A DNA stretch of 64,000 nt from Planctomycetota bacterium (lineage in GTDB: Bacteria > Planctomycetota > PLA2 > JAEUHO01): the NCBI GenBank assembly GCA_965222115.1, contig CBDCTJ010000007.1, positions 2,560,001-2,624,000 of the forward strand. The letters run 5' to 3'. How positions within the stretch are numbered: the stretch's first letter is position 1; every line of letters begins with the position of its first letter. Positions 38,346-47,568 of the stretch are shown piece by piece. Made by a program: the position numbers and the translations under genes. The notes below the pieces were generated by a model that did no database searches, was not told the DNA's origin, and worked only from the letters and a program-made list of their open reading frames with translations.

Positions 38346-39634
38346 TGAGTGGCGCGCGCTTCGATGCCCCATGGTCGCGCTTGCGAGCGCGTTCAAGTGC
38401 ACTCGTCTTCGACATCGTGCTCGTCGCGTATGCACTCTGGTGCGTGCAGTACATCGCGACGCACTACAATCCCGATTGGGACTTTTTACGGCGCTACCCT
38501 GGCTTGTTGATGCTCACTTCTGTTGTTGCGGTGTTGTGGCATGCAAGCGGCGCGAGCCTTGGCATCGCGGGCCACCGCCTTCGTTTTGTTCACGCCGATT
38601 CGTCGAGTCGCACAGCGGCCAATCTCTCTCAGCGACTCACGTGGGGCGTTGCAACAGCGGTTTGGATCATGCTCTTCGCGTTGGCGATTTGGTTTGTTGG
38701 TGTGACCTGGGGCTCCGCGGCAATATGGCTCGCCTTGGCCGTTGCCGCCTGTTGGTTTGCTCTGTCGCAAGGTCCCCACGATAGCGTCGCTGAGCGAATC
38801 GCCGGTGTGCGCATCATGCGCGCCCGCGAACGGGATGTGCCCAAGGAGTTGATCCCTTGGACACGGCGCCCGGCCATGTGGGCGCTGTTGATCTTGTTGC
38901 TATTGACGTTCTGGGTGGGAGTCATTGTCACTCAGTTTGCGCTCGGCGATTTGAAGGACGGATTCAATAAGACGAAACCCATGTTTCGGGAACTGGTGAA
39001 TCCCGATACGACGATTGTGTCCGACGTCGTGGCGCGCATGATCGACACCGTGTTCATGGCGCTTATGGCGTCTGTGGTCGCCTTGCCATTCGCCTTTGGC
39101 TTGAGCTTTCTCGGGGCGCGAAACCTGACTCGAGACAGCGCATGGGGGCGCGTGTTCTACGCCATCGCGCGCGTGTTTATGAACGTGACGCGGTCGATTG
39201 AGCCACTCATCTGGGCCATCATCTTTGTGTTGTGGGTGGGGGCCGGGCCCTTTGCCGGCATGTTGGCGCTTACGGTGCATTCGATTGCCGCGCTCGGAAA
39301 ACTCTACAGCGAGGCGATCGAATCGATTGACGACGGACCATTGGAAGCGATGCGCGCAACAGGTGCCGACACGCTCCAGACCATTCGCTACGGCGTGGTT
39401 CCGCAAGTCATCCCGCCGTTTCTTTCGTTCACTGTGTATCGTTGGGACATCAATGTACGCATGGCTACCATCCTCGGCATCATTGGCGGTGGGGGCATTG
39501 GCGATCTGTTGGTGAACTACAGCCAGATTGGATCGTGGTCGAAAGTGGGCACGATTATCTTCTTTATCACAATTGTTGTGTGGGCGATGGACATGGCCTC
39601 GGGGAAGGCTCGCGAACTATTGATGAAAGATTGA
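38345..39634 (+). CDS. phnE: Phosphonate-type ABC permease with N-terminal RDD-like domain
   Basis: C-terminal half: TRSIEPLIWA, GPFAG.LAL..HSIAALGKLYSEAIE, YRWDINVRMATILG. N-terminal about 160 aa shows an RDD pattern. Confidence 0.88.
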   Translation: MSGARFDAPWSRLRARSSALVFDIVLVAYALWCVQYIATHYNPDWDFLRRYPGLLMLTSVVAVLWHASGASLGIAGHRLRFVHADSSSRTAANLSQRLTWGVATAVWIMLFALAIWFVGVTWGSAAIWLALAVAACWFALSQGPHDSVAERIAGVRIMRARERDVPKELIPWTRRPAMWALLILLLLTFWVGVIVTQFALGDLKDGFNKTKPMFRELVNPDTTIVSDVVARMIDTVFMALMASVVALPFAFGLSFLGARNLTRDSAWGRVFYAIARVFMNVTRSIEPLIWAIIFVLWVGAGPFAGMLALTVHSIAALGKLYSEAIESIDDGPLEAMRATGADTLQTIRYGVVPQVIPPFLSFTVYRWDINVRMATILGIIGGGGIGDLLVNYSQIGSWSKVGTIIFFITIVVWAMDMASGKARELLMKD

Positions 39635-39826
39635 TTCCTCAATCCCTCGCCGAATCCATCTCCGAATTTGAATCCTTTGCCTGGCCCTTTCCTGTATCCG
39701 CACTCGGGTCGTCGCAATTGCGCTCAACGAATTTGGGAATTTCACCTGAGTGGCGCAACGCGAGCCGCCTGCGGTTGCCCGCCCCGCAGGCTCTGCGTCT
39801 CTGCGCGAGGCGTTCTTCTTAAACGC

Positions 39827-41242
39827 CTAGTTCTTTTTCTGCCGATACAGCCACACATGCCCCGTCGCGACAGTGTCGACGTGCTTGCTACGGGTGCGGT
39901 AGAACGCTGAATACTCAGTGCGAAGCTTCTTTACGTAGCCCTGAAGCGCCTTTACGCGGGCCTCGATTTTGGCATCGTCGAACTCGGACAAATCCTCGGG
40001 AGGATTATCACTTCCTTTGTCTCCTGGATCTTCACTAGCTGCATGCTCGCCGTCCTCGGCACTCAGTGCGTTGGCCGCAGCGGCTTTTTGGAGCAATTGG
40101 CGAGCGGATTCGACCGTAGATTTGTAGCCGTTGGCCACACGCGACGCGGCATTCAATTCATCGCGCTTGACTTTGAGGGCCGCTTGGAACTTGGCCTCGA
40201 GCTTCTTGGTTTCTTCCAGGCTTACGTCCACCTTAGGGGTGCTAAAGCGCACAAGATCGCCGAGCAAGATATCGAGTGCCCCATCGCCGTCGTAGTCGGT
40301 TACCCAGAGGCGTGTACATGTTGACGGAGGCACCTCCGTATCACGCGGCAATATGCCCGATAAGCGCTTTGCTGGTCCGGGAATCAGTTCTTCGAAATCT
40401 CCAAAGGAGGGCACGCCATCGTCACCAGGATTGTTCTTTGAAATCTGGACACCGCCCGTGGTGCTTCCACTCAACAAATCGAAGTCCCCGTCGCCATCAA
40501 AGTCAACGAGATGGGGGGCCGAGTGCATGCCTTCAATCTTTAGGGGCTCCCCCTTGGCACTCTTCAGCAGGATGGGCTCGCCGGTGAATTTTGGCTCCTT
40601 CTTGGTGCCCACGTTCGTAGCAAGCAAGAACGTGCCCTCGAAGTTGCCAATGACAAAGTCAAGATCGCCGTCCTGATCCCAGTCGATGGCGAACGGTTCG
40701 GTACAGATGTGGCGTGTGCGGGGTGCATTGGGCGTATCGGTGAGGACCAGGTGCCGATCCTCGGCGGTCTTAAGCGCAACGGGTTTTGCATAGTCGCCTT
40801 CGCCTTTGCCGTACAGCACATAGACGGGTGCGTGCATGACCTTGAGCCCCTTGCCTGTGTAGCAGCCGGATACGATATCGAGGTGACCGTCGTCGTTGAG
40901 ATCCACAAACTGTGGGGTTGAACTGGCGCATCACCACACGCCCGGCACTTCGGCGATTTTGTCGCCTACACGAATCCAATCGCCCTGGGCGAATGCCGGG
41001 GCCTCGTTGGACCCGGTGTTTTTGAAGGCGTGCATCTTGCCGGATTTGAATTGTCCGACGACAAGATCCTTCAGATCGTCGCCATCGATGTCCACAAAGG
41101 TGGGGCAGGCGTATCCGGGCGACTCCACCGCGATCGGTTGATCGCCCGCTTTTAGCAGCTCGGGCTCATGAAACTCGGTGGCCCAGGCCGTGCTGCTCAG
41201 AAGGCCGAGCGACGCGGCGACAACGATCGTCTTGATACTCAT
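39827..41242 (-). CDS. Secreted FG-GAP/VCBS repeat protein, putative selenoprotein (471 aa; U104-C105)
   Basis: ORFs 40931..41242 and 39827..40906 share a frame and are joined by one TGA (40931-33): EVPGVW*CASSTPQFVDLNDDGHLD. Signal peptide; repeats DIDGDD, DLNDDG, DWDQDGD, DFDGDGD, DYDGDG on both sides of the TGA. Confidence 0.82.
40903..40915 (-). promoter_or_regulatory. Candidate bacterial SECIS hairpin for UGA 40931-33
   Basis: CCACA-GUU-UGUGG; loop G at +21; partial lower stem GUU/AAC. Confidence 0.58.
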
Positions 41243-41252
41243 GCGCGAGAGT

Positions 41253-42929
41253 CTACTTCACGGCGTCGTGTGTGTTCAAGCTGCCGATGCTCGCGGGGGA
41301 GAGCCCCAAGAAGTTCGCGTCGAGCGCGCCACTTACGACGGCGAACACTTCATCCTGCATGGGACCGGTTGCGTAAATAAGGGGAGACGAGAGATTGCGA
41401 CCGTTCGCTGCCGCGAATTCATTGGCTTCCGGCACGAATTGGGTGCCAAAGCCGGAGCCAGTTACGACGTTGTGCGGGAGGGAGAGCGCATACAGCGTGC
41501 CGCCCTTCGGCGTGGGTGATGCGAACAGGTCGCCAAAAGTCGTGGCAATCAATGTGCGTCCATCGCCTGAAAGTGCAACGCCAGAGATGTTTCGACCGGG
41601 CACCGATGCGCCGGATGGTTGAACGATGGGAATGCCATTGCCTACGCCGCGTAGGATGGCAAGTTGGTTGGGTGCAATGACCGGCGAGTACAACCCCTTT
41701 AGATTGAGAAGGTAGATTTCGCCCGTGATCTGGGATGGAAAGAAGCCAACATAGTTGCCCGCACCATCTTGGCCAATGGCCGGTGGTTTGGCCGCAAGCG
41801 CCGCCATGCCCATAGCGAACCACCCTTCGCGATAGCCGGATACGGCGTCATAGGCTTCTACGGCGGCAGGCGTGGCGGGAATCAGATTGAAGTTGGCGTC
41901 GGCACCAAGCGCGCCGGCCACGGTCACCAAGAGGCGGGGGGTGGGCGGATTGCCGGGCGGCGATTGTGGGTAGATGACGGAAAGCTCTACCGGATTGTAG
42001 TGAAGGGTTTGAAGGGTGCGCGTGCTACGACCCGCTTCTGGAAATTGCGATACGGGTAGCGGTGCGCCTTGCGTGACGCGAAAACACTGCAAGGTCCCCG
42101 GGTTCCAGATGGCCGGGTAGGTGTTCGTTGCATTTGCCATCGCGACGTAAAGCAAATCCTGTCCGTTTATGCCGGGCACATACGCAATGCCCTCCGCACT
42201 GCTCTGCATGAACGTGCTCGAATTGACGTACGCGCCATTGCTATCCACAAGTTGCGTCGTGGAATCGCTGTAGGGAATCGCCAGGTTGACGACCTGAACG
42301 ATGGCGCCCGTGGACGGATTGAAGACAATGAGATTGGAGAGATTGGGGCGGGTATCGGAGCCGCCGGCATTTACGAGTGCGAATCCCAGCGTGGGGGACG
42401 CCACCGCCAAGTCATTGACGAAGAACCCGAATCCAATTGGACTGGCCAGCGACGCCGGTTGCCCGAGCGCATCCACGAGATCCATATCGCGAATCATGGT
42501 GGGTAGAAAGAGCGCACTGGGTACAAGGCCGGAAGCCGTCATGTCCACAGGGACAATGCGCGCATTTGACGAGTCGATCTCATCCGCGTCAACGGTAAAG
42601 AGTGTGTCGCCGTATCGCTCCAAGTCGCTGGGGTAGGCGCCAAAGTAGGGTACGCGTCCGTGTTGATACGCGTTCTCGTTCCAAACGGGCTGTACCGTGG
42701 GTGCAGGTGGTGGAACCACGCCACCACTTCCATTGCCACCGTTTCCGTTCCCGCCGCCTCCGATGTATGGGCCATCTACGAATGGCGAACCGCCGATCAC
42801 AAACGGCGTTGATCCACCTCCGCCGCCTCCACAAGCGCTCATGAGGCATAAGGCAAGCGCTGCGAAAGCAAATCGTGAAACGGCACGGACCCGACTGCGC
42901 GGTTGTGAGATCGAATAACGTAAAGACAT
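41253..42929 (-). CDS. Lipoprotein, probable beta-propeller, unknown function
   Basis: Lipobox MSAC followed by GGGGGG and a Gly/Pro linker; beta-rich body (PSDL, SAEGI, SGVALSGDGRTL). Start ATG 42929 or 42935. Confidence 0.75.
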   Translation of the reverse strand: MSLRYSISQPRSRVRAVSRFAFAALALCLMSACGGGGGGSTPFVIGGSPFVDGPYIGGGGNGNGGNGSGGVVPPPAPTVQPVWNENAYQHGRVPYFGAYPSDLERYGDTLFTVDADEIDSSNARIVPVDMTASGLVPSALFLPTMIRDMDLVDALGQPASLASPIGFGFFVNDLAVASPTLGFALVNAGGSDTRPNLSNLIVFNPSTGAIVQVVNLAIPYSDSTTQLVDSNGAYVNSSTFMQSSAEGIAYVPGINGQDLLYVAMANATNTYPAIWNPGTLQCFRVTQGAPLPVSQFPEAGRSTRTLQTLHYNPVELSVIYPQSPPGNPPTPRLLVTVAGALGADANFNLIPATPAAVEAYDAVSGYREGWFAMGMAALAAKPPAIGQDGAGNYVGFFPSQITGEIYLLNLKGLYSPVIAPNQLAILRGVGNGIPIVQPSGASVPGRNISGVALSGDGRTLIATTFGDLFASPTPKGGTLYALSLPHNVVTGSGFGTQFVPEANEFAAANGRNLSSPLIYATGPMQDEVFAVVSGALDANFLGLSPASIGSLNTHDAVK

Positions 42930-43451
42930 AGCCATCCTTTCGCCGGCATCGAAGTGCGGATGCGCGCAGGATGGAGGGTTCGAAAGCAAGGCCGTGCGCG
43001 TGTCACTGCCAGCCTTGCCGTCGGCCTTCCATTCCTTCGAGCCGGAAGAAAAAGAAACCAAGGAACAGGTGACGAGGTCCGTCTTCTGGCTTCCGATTCA
43101 TCCTTCCACCGCGCCTTCCCATGCCGGTGAATCCTCGCGCTTCAACGAGCGCGAAAATCTACGCGGCACAGTGGCTGCACGCCCATTGGGCATGCGTTGC
43201 GGTGGTCGTCCTCGGTTACAGCGGCGGTCCCGCGGGGGAATTGCACCCCACTTCCGTTCGAACCAAGCGGCCCGAACAATCGACTTCGACACCCAGCATT
43301 CCGCGGCGTACGTCCCATGGAGCGCTTCGTCGCGAAATGTTCCGAATTGAAAAGAGCGGCCCGGAGAATACGGCCCCGAGACACCACTTTCCATTGTTGA
43401 CCTGGGCTTCGAGGCACGCGAAATTGCCGGCGCCTTTCAGATTCACAGCGT

Positions 43452-43527
43452 GGGGCTGTAGCTCAATTGGTAGAGCGCTTGAATGGCATTCAAGAGGTAA
43501 GGGGTTCGATCCCCCTCAGCTCCACCA
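43452..43527 (+). tRNA. tRNA-Ala(GGC)
   Basis: Acceptor GGGGCTG/CAGCTCC with G3:U70, D-arm GCTCAATTGGTAGAGC, anticodon stem CTTGA/TCAAG with loop ATGGCAT, T-loop GGTTCGATCC, encoded CCA. Confidence 0.98.
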
Positions 43528-43910
43528 CCACGCTGACCGACGCTACTTCCAAGACGTCCACCCTTCGTGCGCGTCAATCTTTCGATGCGCACTGGGCGAA
43601 TCAACGATCCGTTGGTGCTTACTCAGGGTCTCGCGCAAATGGCTAAGCCATTTACTCTTGACGTCCACGTCGCTGGGCGAATTGTTCATCGGGCGCTTAT
43701 GCCTGAGTCCGGGTTTCGGGTTTTGGGTTTCGGGTAACGGGAAGCTCAGAGAGTTGAGGAGTGGGTCTTTGAAGTTGGGGGGCCGCTTGTTGCGGGACGT
43801 GTCCTGAAGAAGAGGCTCACACAAAGGGCGCTAAGGAACGAAGCGCAAAGCGTTGGGGGTGCATCCAGAGAATGTGAAGAAGTTCCTTATGGCGAAACAG
43901 TTTTGGAGAG

Positions 43911-43954
43911 GAAGAAGGGTCTCACCAAGGGCGCCAAGATCACCAAGCGCAGCC
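43911..43954 (+). repeat. Dispersed intergenic repeat, copy 1
   Basis: GAAGAAG..CTCACCAAGG-N10-CACCAAGCGCAGCC; matches 51952-51999. A more degenerate copy lies at about 43806-43850. Confidence 0.6.
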
Positions 43955-44250
43955 GTACACGTGGAATGCGCGTCCTCGCCTCCGGATTAAGAGCGCGGGC
44001 GGTCATTCACATGACGATTTGCAATCAGCAAATGATTGAGTGCCAATCAGTTCGTAATCGACTGCGAATCCATGCTGTAGGCATGGCGTGTCAAGCCCAA
44101 GGGCTTTAACCCCAGGAAAAGCACATCTCCCATCCATCGCGTCCTGTAGGTACGCCGCACGACTGCGGTATTTCGTAGCTAGACACACCCCCAGGACAAC
44201 GGCTGACGGTTGTTCCATTCGTCTCACCATCGCGCTTCCCCAATGCTTCG

Positions 44251-45123
44251 TTACGTCAACAAAAACGCTGCCACCACACCCGCCGCCAACACCGCGCAAG
44301 CGATGCCCAGCCAGAAGATTCTTGTTTGGGCGGAATGCACACGATCCACAAGCATCTCGACTTGTTTGTTGAGCACCTTTTGTGTTTCGCGATGCTGGGT
44401 CATGACTTGTTGTTGGGAGCGGTGGAACACGTTGAGTGCGCGGTTCTGAGTGTTTTGAAACGTAGCGAAGATGTCTTCCTGCGTGGTCGCCATGCTGCGA
44501 ATCATCTGGAGCTGTGTTTCGGAGTTCTTGCGTGACTGGTCAAGCCCTTCGCGAATGGCGCCTGCTTGGATCTCAAGCGTTTCGGCGAGGCGGCCCTGCA
44601 AACCATCGAGGAACTGTTGTTGTTCCTTCTGTCCCAGTGCGAGTGTGCGAAGGAGATCGGGGAGGCCGTCGAGGCGCGCGAGGACGTCGCGTGTACCACC
44701 GCCCATGTGTTCGAGTTGCTTGCTGATCTGCGCGAGGCACTCGATTTCGGCACGATGAATGCGGGGGACTTGTGCCAAGAACTCGGGTAGCGCCGAAAGC
44801 GTTTGTTGCACTTGGCCGTCGCGGCTCTGGAGCGTTTCCTTGATCGCACCCAGCAGGCGCGACATGTCTTTCATGCTCGATTGCACGCCCGTCGATGAAA
44901 GCTCCGAAGTTGAGTGGCGGCCTTCGTCCGTGCTTGTAACCACCTTGGGAATCGAAACGCCTTTCTGGGTATCAGTGCGGTGGGTATCACTGCGGTGGGT
45001 ATCATCGCGATGGGTGTCACCAGGCCCTGAGTTGGCAGGTTTCGAGTTGGCACGACCATCCCCCGCCGCCGAGGCAGCCGGCGGGCGTCGTTGTTCCGTC
45101 TTTGGCTTGCTCTCGCCTTGCAC
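44251..45123 (-). CDS. Hypothetical coiled-coil protein with C-terminal TM anchor
   Basis: Disordered N-terminus with THRxD repeats, Q/L-rich heptads, terminal hydrophobic IFWLGIACAVLAAGVVAAFLL. Confidence 0.7.
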   Translation of the reverse strand: MQGESKPKTEQRRPPAASAAGDGRANSKPANSGPGDTHRDDTHRSDTHRTDTQKGVSIPKVVTSTDEGRHSTSELSSTGVQSSMKDMSRLLGAIKETLQSRDGQVQQTLSALPEFLAQVPRIHRAEIECLAQISKQLEHMGGGTRDVLARLDGLPDLLRTLALGQKEQQQFLDGLQGRLAETLEIQAGAIREGLDQSRKNSETQLQMIRSMATTQEDIFATFQNTQNRALNVFHRSQQQVMTQHRETQKVLNKQVEMLVDRVHSAQTRIFWLGIACAVLAAGVVAAFLLT

Positions 45124-45265
45124 GCGAATGTCCTAGGGTCGCTCTTTGGCCACGAGGTTGTCGTCCCCGCGCTTGCGTAGGGACGGTGCCAGCATAGCAA
45201 CGCAACCAACCGTCGCCGTCGATCGAATCGCTTCGAGCGACCTTGATACGTTGTTCGGCGTAGCG

Positions 45266-45310
45266 CCCAAGTTCTTCACCCCCAAGTTCTTCACCCCCAA
45301 GTTCTTCACC
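45266..45310. repeat. Perfect 15-bp tandem repeat x3 (intergenic)
   Basis: CCCAAGTTCTTCACC three times, abutting the stop codon at 45311. Confidence 0.95.
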
Positions 45311-46843
45311 CTACGGCGGGTAGATGCCGTGTGCGCTGCCGATGGTTGTGATGCCGGGCACGGTGGCCGACAAGTCGACCCCTTGTATGTCATCGGTCAC
45401 GGCGTCCAGATCTTCCTGGAGAAATTCACTTTCCGTGAGCGTCCAGGTCGTTGCGTAGCCGTTGTCGAAGAGGAACAAAAAGCGTCGGGGGAACGCGAGG
45501 CGTCCCATAGCCGTCACGCTCGCGATGCCGGTGGGGCCGCCCGCCGTGTCATCGATCACAATGACAGGGGCCACTGTGCTGTAGCCGTCGGCTAGCGTGC
45601 GAACGTCGAGCGCTTCATCGGAGGCGAATCCGGCGAGACCCACGAACGCGATTTCGGCGCCTTCTGTGCTGGTGAGGGCCGGGACGGCCGAGGCGGTCGT
45701 GGTCGTTGTACTCACGCTGGCAGAGGGCACTTGGAGATCCACGAGCGTTACGCCGCCATGCGCATTGTGGCCAATGATTGCCCGCGTTCCCTGCGCAACA
45801 ATTGGACCCGCGCCTTCGGGCAACACAAACGCCTGTACGTCGGGAAGGGCATCGTCTTGATCCACTTCCGTAAACGTCTCGAGTTCAACGAAGGCGAGCT
45901 GCCCGGTGGCGCCGTCTTCACACGAAACCAACAGATGTTCACCGTTGGCATCCAGGACCATGCCGAGTGGTTCCGACGCGCCGTCCATGGGTATCGACAG
46001 CAAGATGGCCGCAACTTCGTCGCCGACTTCCACGTCGATCTTGAACACGCGCACCATGCCTTCATCATCGTCGCGATACGCTGCATAGAGATACACGCCG
46101 TCCGGGCCAAGCACAATGGCGTCTGCACTTGCAGAGAGATCGCCGAGTCCGCCTTCGGTGGAGAGTGTGACGGGGGTCATCGCTGCGTCGCCTGGTGCGA
46201 AGTAGGCAAGTGCCGTCCCGGTTCCGTCGCCATCATTTAGTTGGACCCAAATGCGACGCATGGTCCCTGCATACGCGTCCACGATGCCAACCGGATCGCG
46301 TCCAGCCGGCGTCGCGATGCTGCCCTCCAGCGTGAGGGTATCTGCGTTTAGAAACGAAACTGTGCCCGGCGAACCCACCATGATGTCGGGCGCGGTACCG
46401 GACGTGAAGTTGTATGCAAATCGATCGAGTGCGTAGCTGCCATCTTGGGCGACGACGGCGCCCTCGCCAACAGCAACGGTTAAGAACTCATTGGGCGGAA
46501 AACCTTCACCGGGCAGCGGTCGAATCAAAATGCATGAGGGGTCATCGGGGCACATGCGCATGAACACAGGAACGCCAACGCCGTTGGCCGCAACACCCAC
46601 GAGGTCACCTCGAAGAATCTCCACGGGTCGGTCGTAATGCACGCGGATTTCTGAAAGCGCGCCATCGAGAATCTCAGCACGAGCCGGATAGGTGGCGATC
46701 ACTTCAGGTCGATCGGGTCCATCGCCACCACAGGCAGCGAAGAACGATGCTAGCGCCATGACTCCGATGGAGAGGGCGCATCGAAGGCACCTAGCGTGCC
46801 TACGGATACCGGGGAAGATGAGAGGGTTTTGTTCGCTGTCCAT
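45311..46843 (-). CDS. Acidic lipoprotein with N-terminal Ig-like domain and YncE-like beta-propeller
   Basis: Lipobox FAAC-GG; PEVIATYP...IRVHYDRPV...YNFTSG (Ig-like); propeller motifs DPVGI, LGPDGVYLY, PLGMVLDANGEHLLV. Start uncertain. Confidence 0.72.
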   Translation of the reverse strand: MDSEQNPLIFPGIRRHARCLRCALSIGVMALASFFAACGGDGPDRPEVIATYPARAEILDGALSEIRVHYDRPVEILRGDLVGVAANGVGVPVFMRMCPDDPSCILIRPLPGEGFPPNEFLTVAVGEGAVVAQDGSYALDRFAYNFTSGTAPDIMVGSPGTVSFLNADTLTLEGSIATPAGRDPVGIVDAYAGTMRRIWVQLNDGDGTGTALAYFAPGDAAMTPVTLSTEGGLGDLSASADAIVLGPDGVYLYAAYRDDDEGMVRVFKIDVEVGDEVAAILLSIPMDGASEPLGMVLDANGEHLLVSCEDGATGQLAFVELETFTEVDQDDALPDVQAFVLPEGAGPIVAQGTRAIIGHNAHGGVTLVDLQVPSASVSTTTTTASAVPALTSTEGAEIAFVGLAGFASDEALDVRTLADGYSTVAPVIVIDDTAGGPTGIASVTAMGRLAFPRRFLFLFDNGYATTWTLTESEFLQEDLDAVTDDIQGVDLSATVPGITTIGSAHGIYPP

Positions 46844-47042
46844 GGCGACAGGGTAGCGAGGCACGCCGAAACTCCGTTGGCATTCCTTTTGGGAACTCCG
46901 GGCGATTTTGGCGGGCTCGTACGGCTCCGCGGCGGGCATCGATTGGATGCGAATCGGTGGTCGTGCCCTACTAAATCCCCATTTGTTGGGGTTCGGAGAC
47001 CCTTGACGTGGGCAAAGGGGCCGACGCTTGCTTTCGTCAAAG

Positions 47043-47063
47043 TGTATGGTATGAACTAATACA
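47043..47063. promoter_or_regulatory. Probable YtrA-subfamily GntR operator
   Basis: AT-rich imperfect palindrome TGTATGGTATGAACTAATACA (TGTAT...ATACA) about 65 nt upstream of the GntR gene. Confidence 0.7.
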
Positions 47064-47127
47064 GTTGGGTCAGTGAACCCGTTCGTGAGTCACAGACCCG
47101 GTCCGAAATCACAGCACCGTGAGCGCC

Positions 47128-47568
47128 ATGATCATCCGCATCAATCCCCAGGGACCCGATCCCATCTTCGAGCAGATCGTCTACCAGATCAAAGGGGCGG
47201 TCGCGCGAGGGGAGCTCGAAGACGGCGACAAGCTGCCTTCAGTTCGTGCATTGGCGCGTGAGGTCTCAATCAATCCCAACACGGTGTCGCGTGCATACGA
47301 GTTGTTGCATCGCGAAGGCGTCATTGTGAAGCGGCAAGGGGCGGGGTGCTTTGTGCATGTGGATCGCGCCTCGTCGATGCGCGCCGCCGAACGGTTGCAG
47401 CGGCTGCAAGACATTGCAACTCGTGCCGTGACCGACGCGTTCCATCTCGGCTGCCAACCGCCGGAAATATTGCGCGCTGTGAATGACGCATTGGGCGGCC
47501 TGTCGTTTGGTGATGAGGTGCATGGTGACGCCTCGGAACAGCCTAAGAAGCGAAGGAAAGCAAAGTGA
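47128..47568 (+). CDS. GntR family transcriptional regulator, YtrA subfamily
   Basis: PIFEQI...GEL..GDKLPSVRALA.E..INPNTVSRAY..L..EG...QG.G.FV; short C-terminus; precedes ABC genes. Confidence 0.93.
   Translation: MIIRINPQGPDPIFEQIVYQIKGAVARGELEDGDKLPSVRALAREVSINPNTVSRAYELLHREGVIVKRQGAGCFVHVDRASSMRAAERLQRLQDIATRAVTDAFHLGCQPPEILRAVNDALGGLSFGDEVHGDASEQPKKRRKAK

Noticed and set aside
43121-43807. 228-aa ORF in the track
   Set aside because: It overlaps tRNA-Ala and repeat-like DNA and has no protein-like motifs.
43452-44250. tRNA-anchored genomic island or prophage
   Set aside because: No integrase and no duplicated tRNA 3' end noticed in the window.
45266-45310. Possible CRISPR array
   Set aside because: Contiguous 15-bp units with no spacers, and no cas genes in the window.
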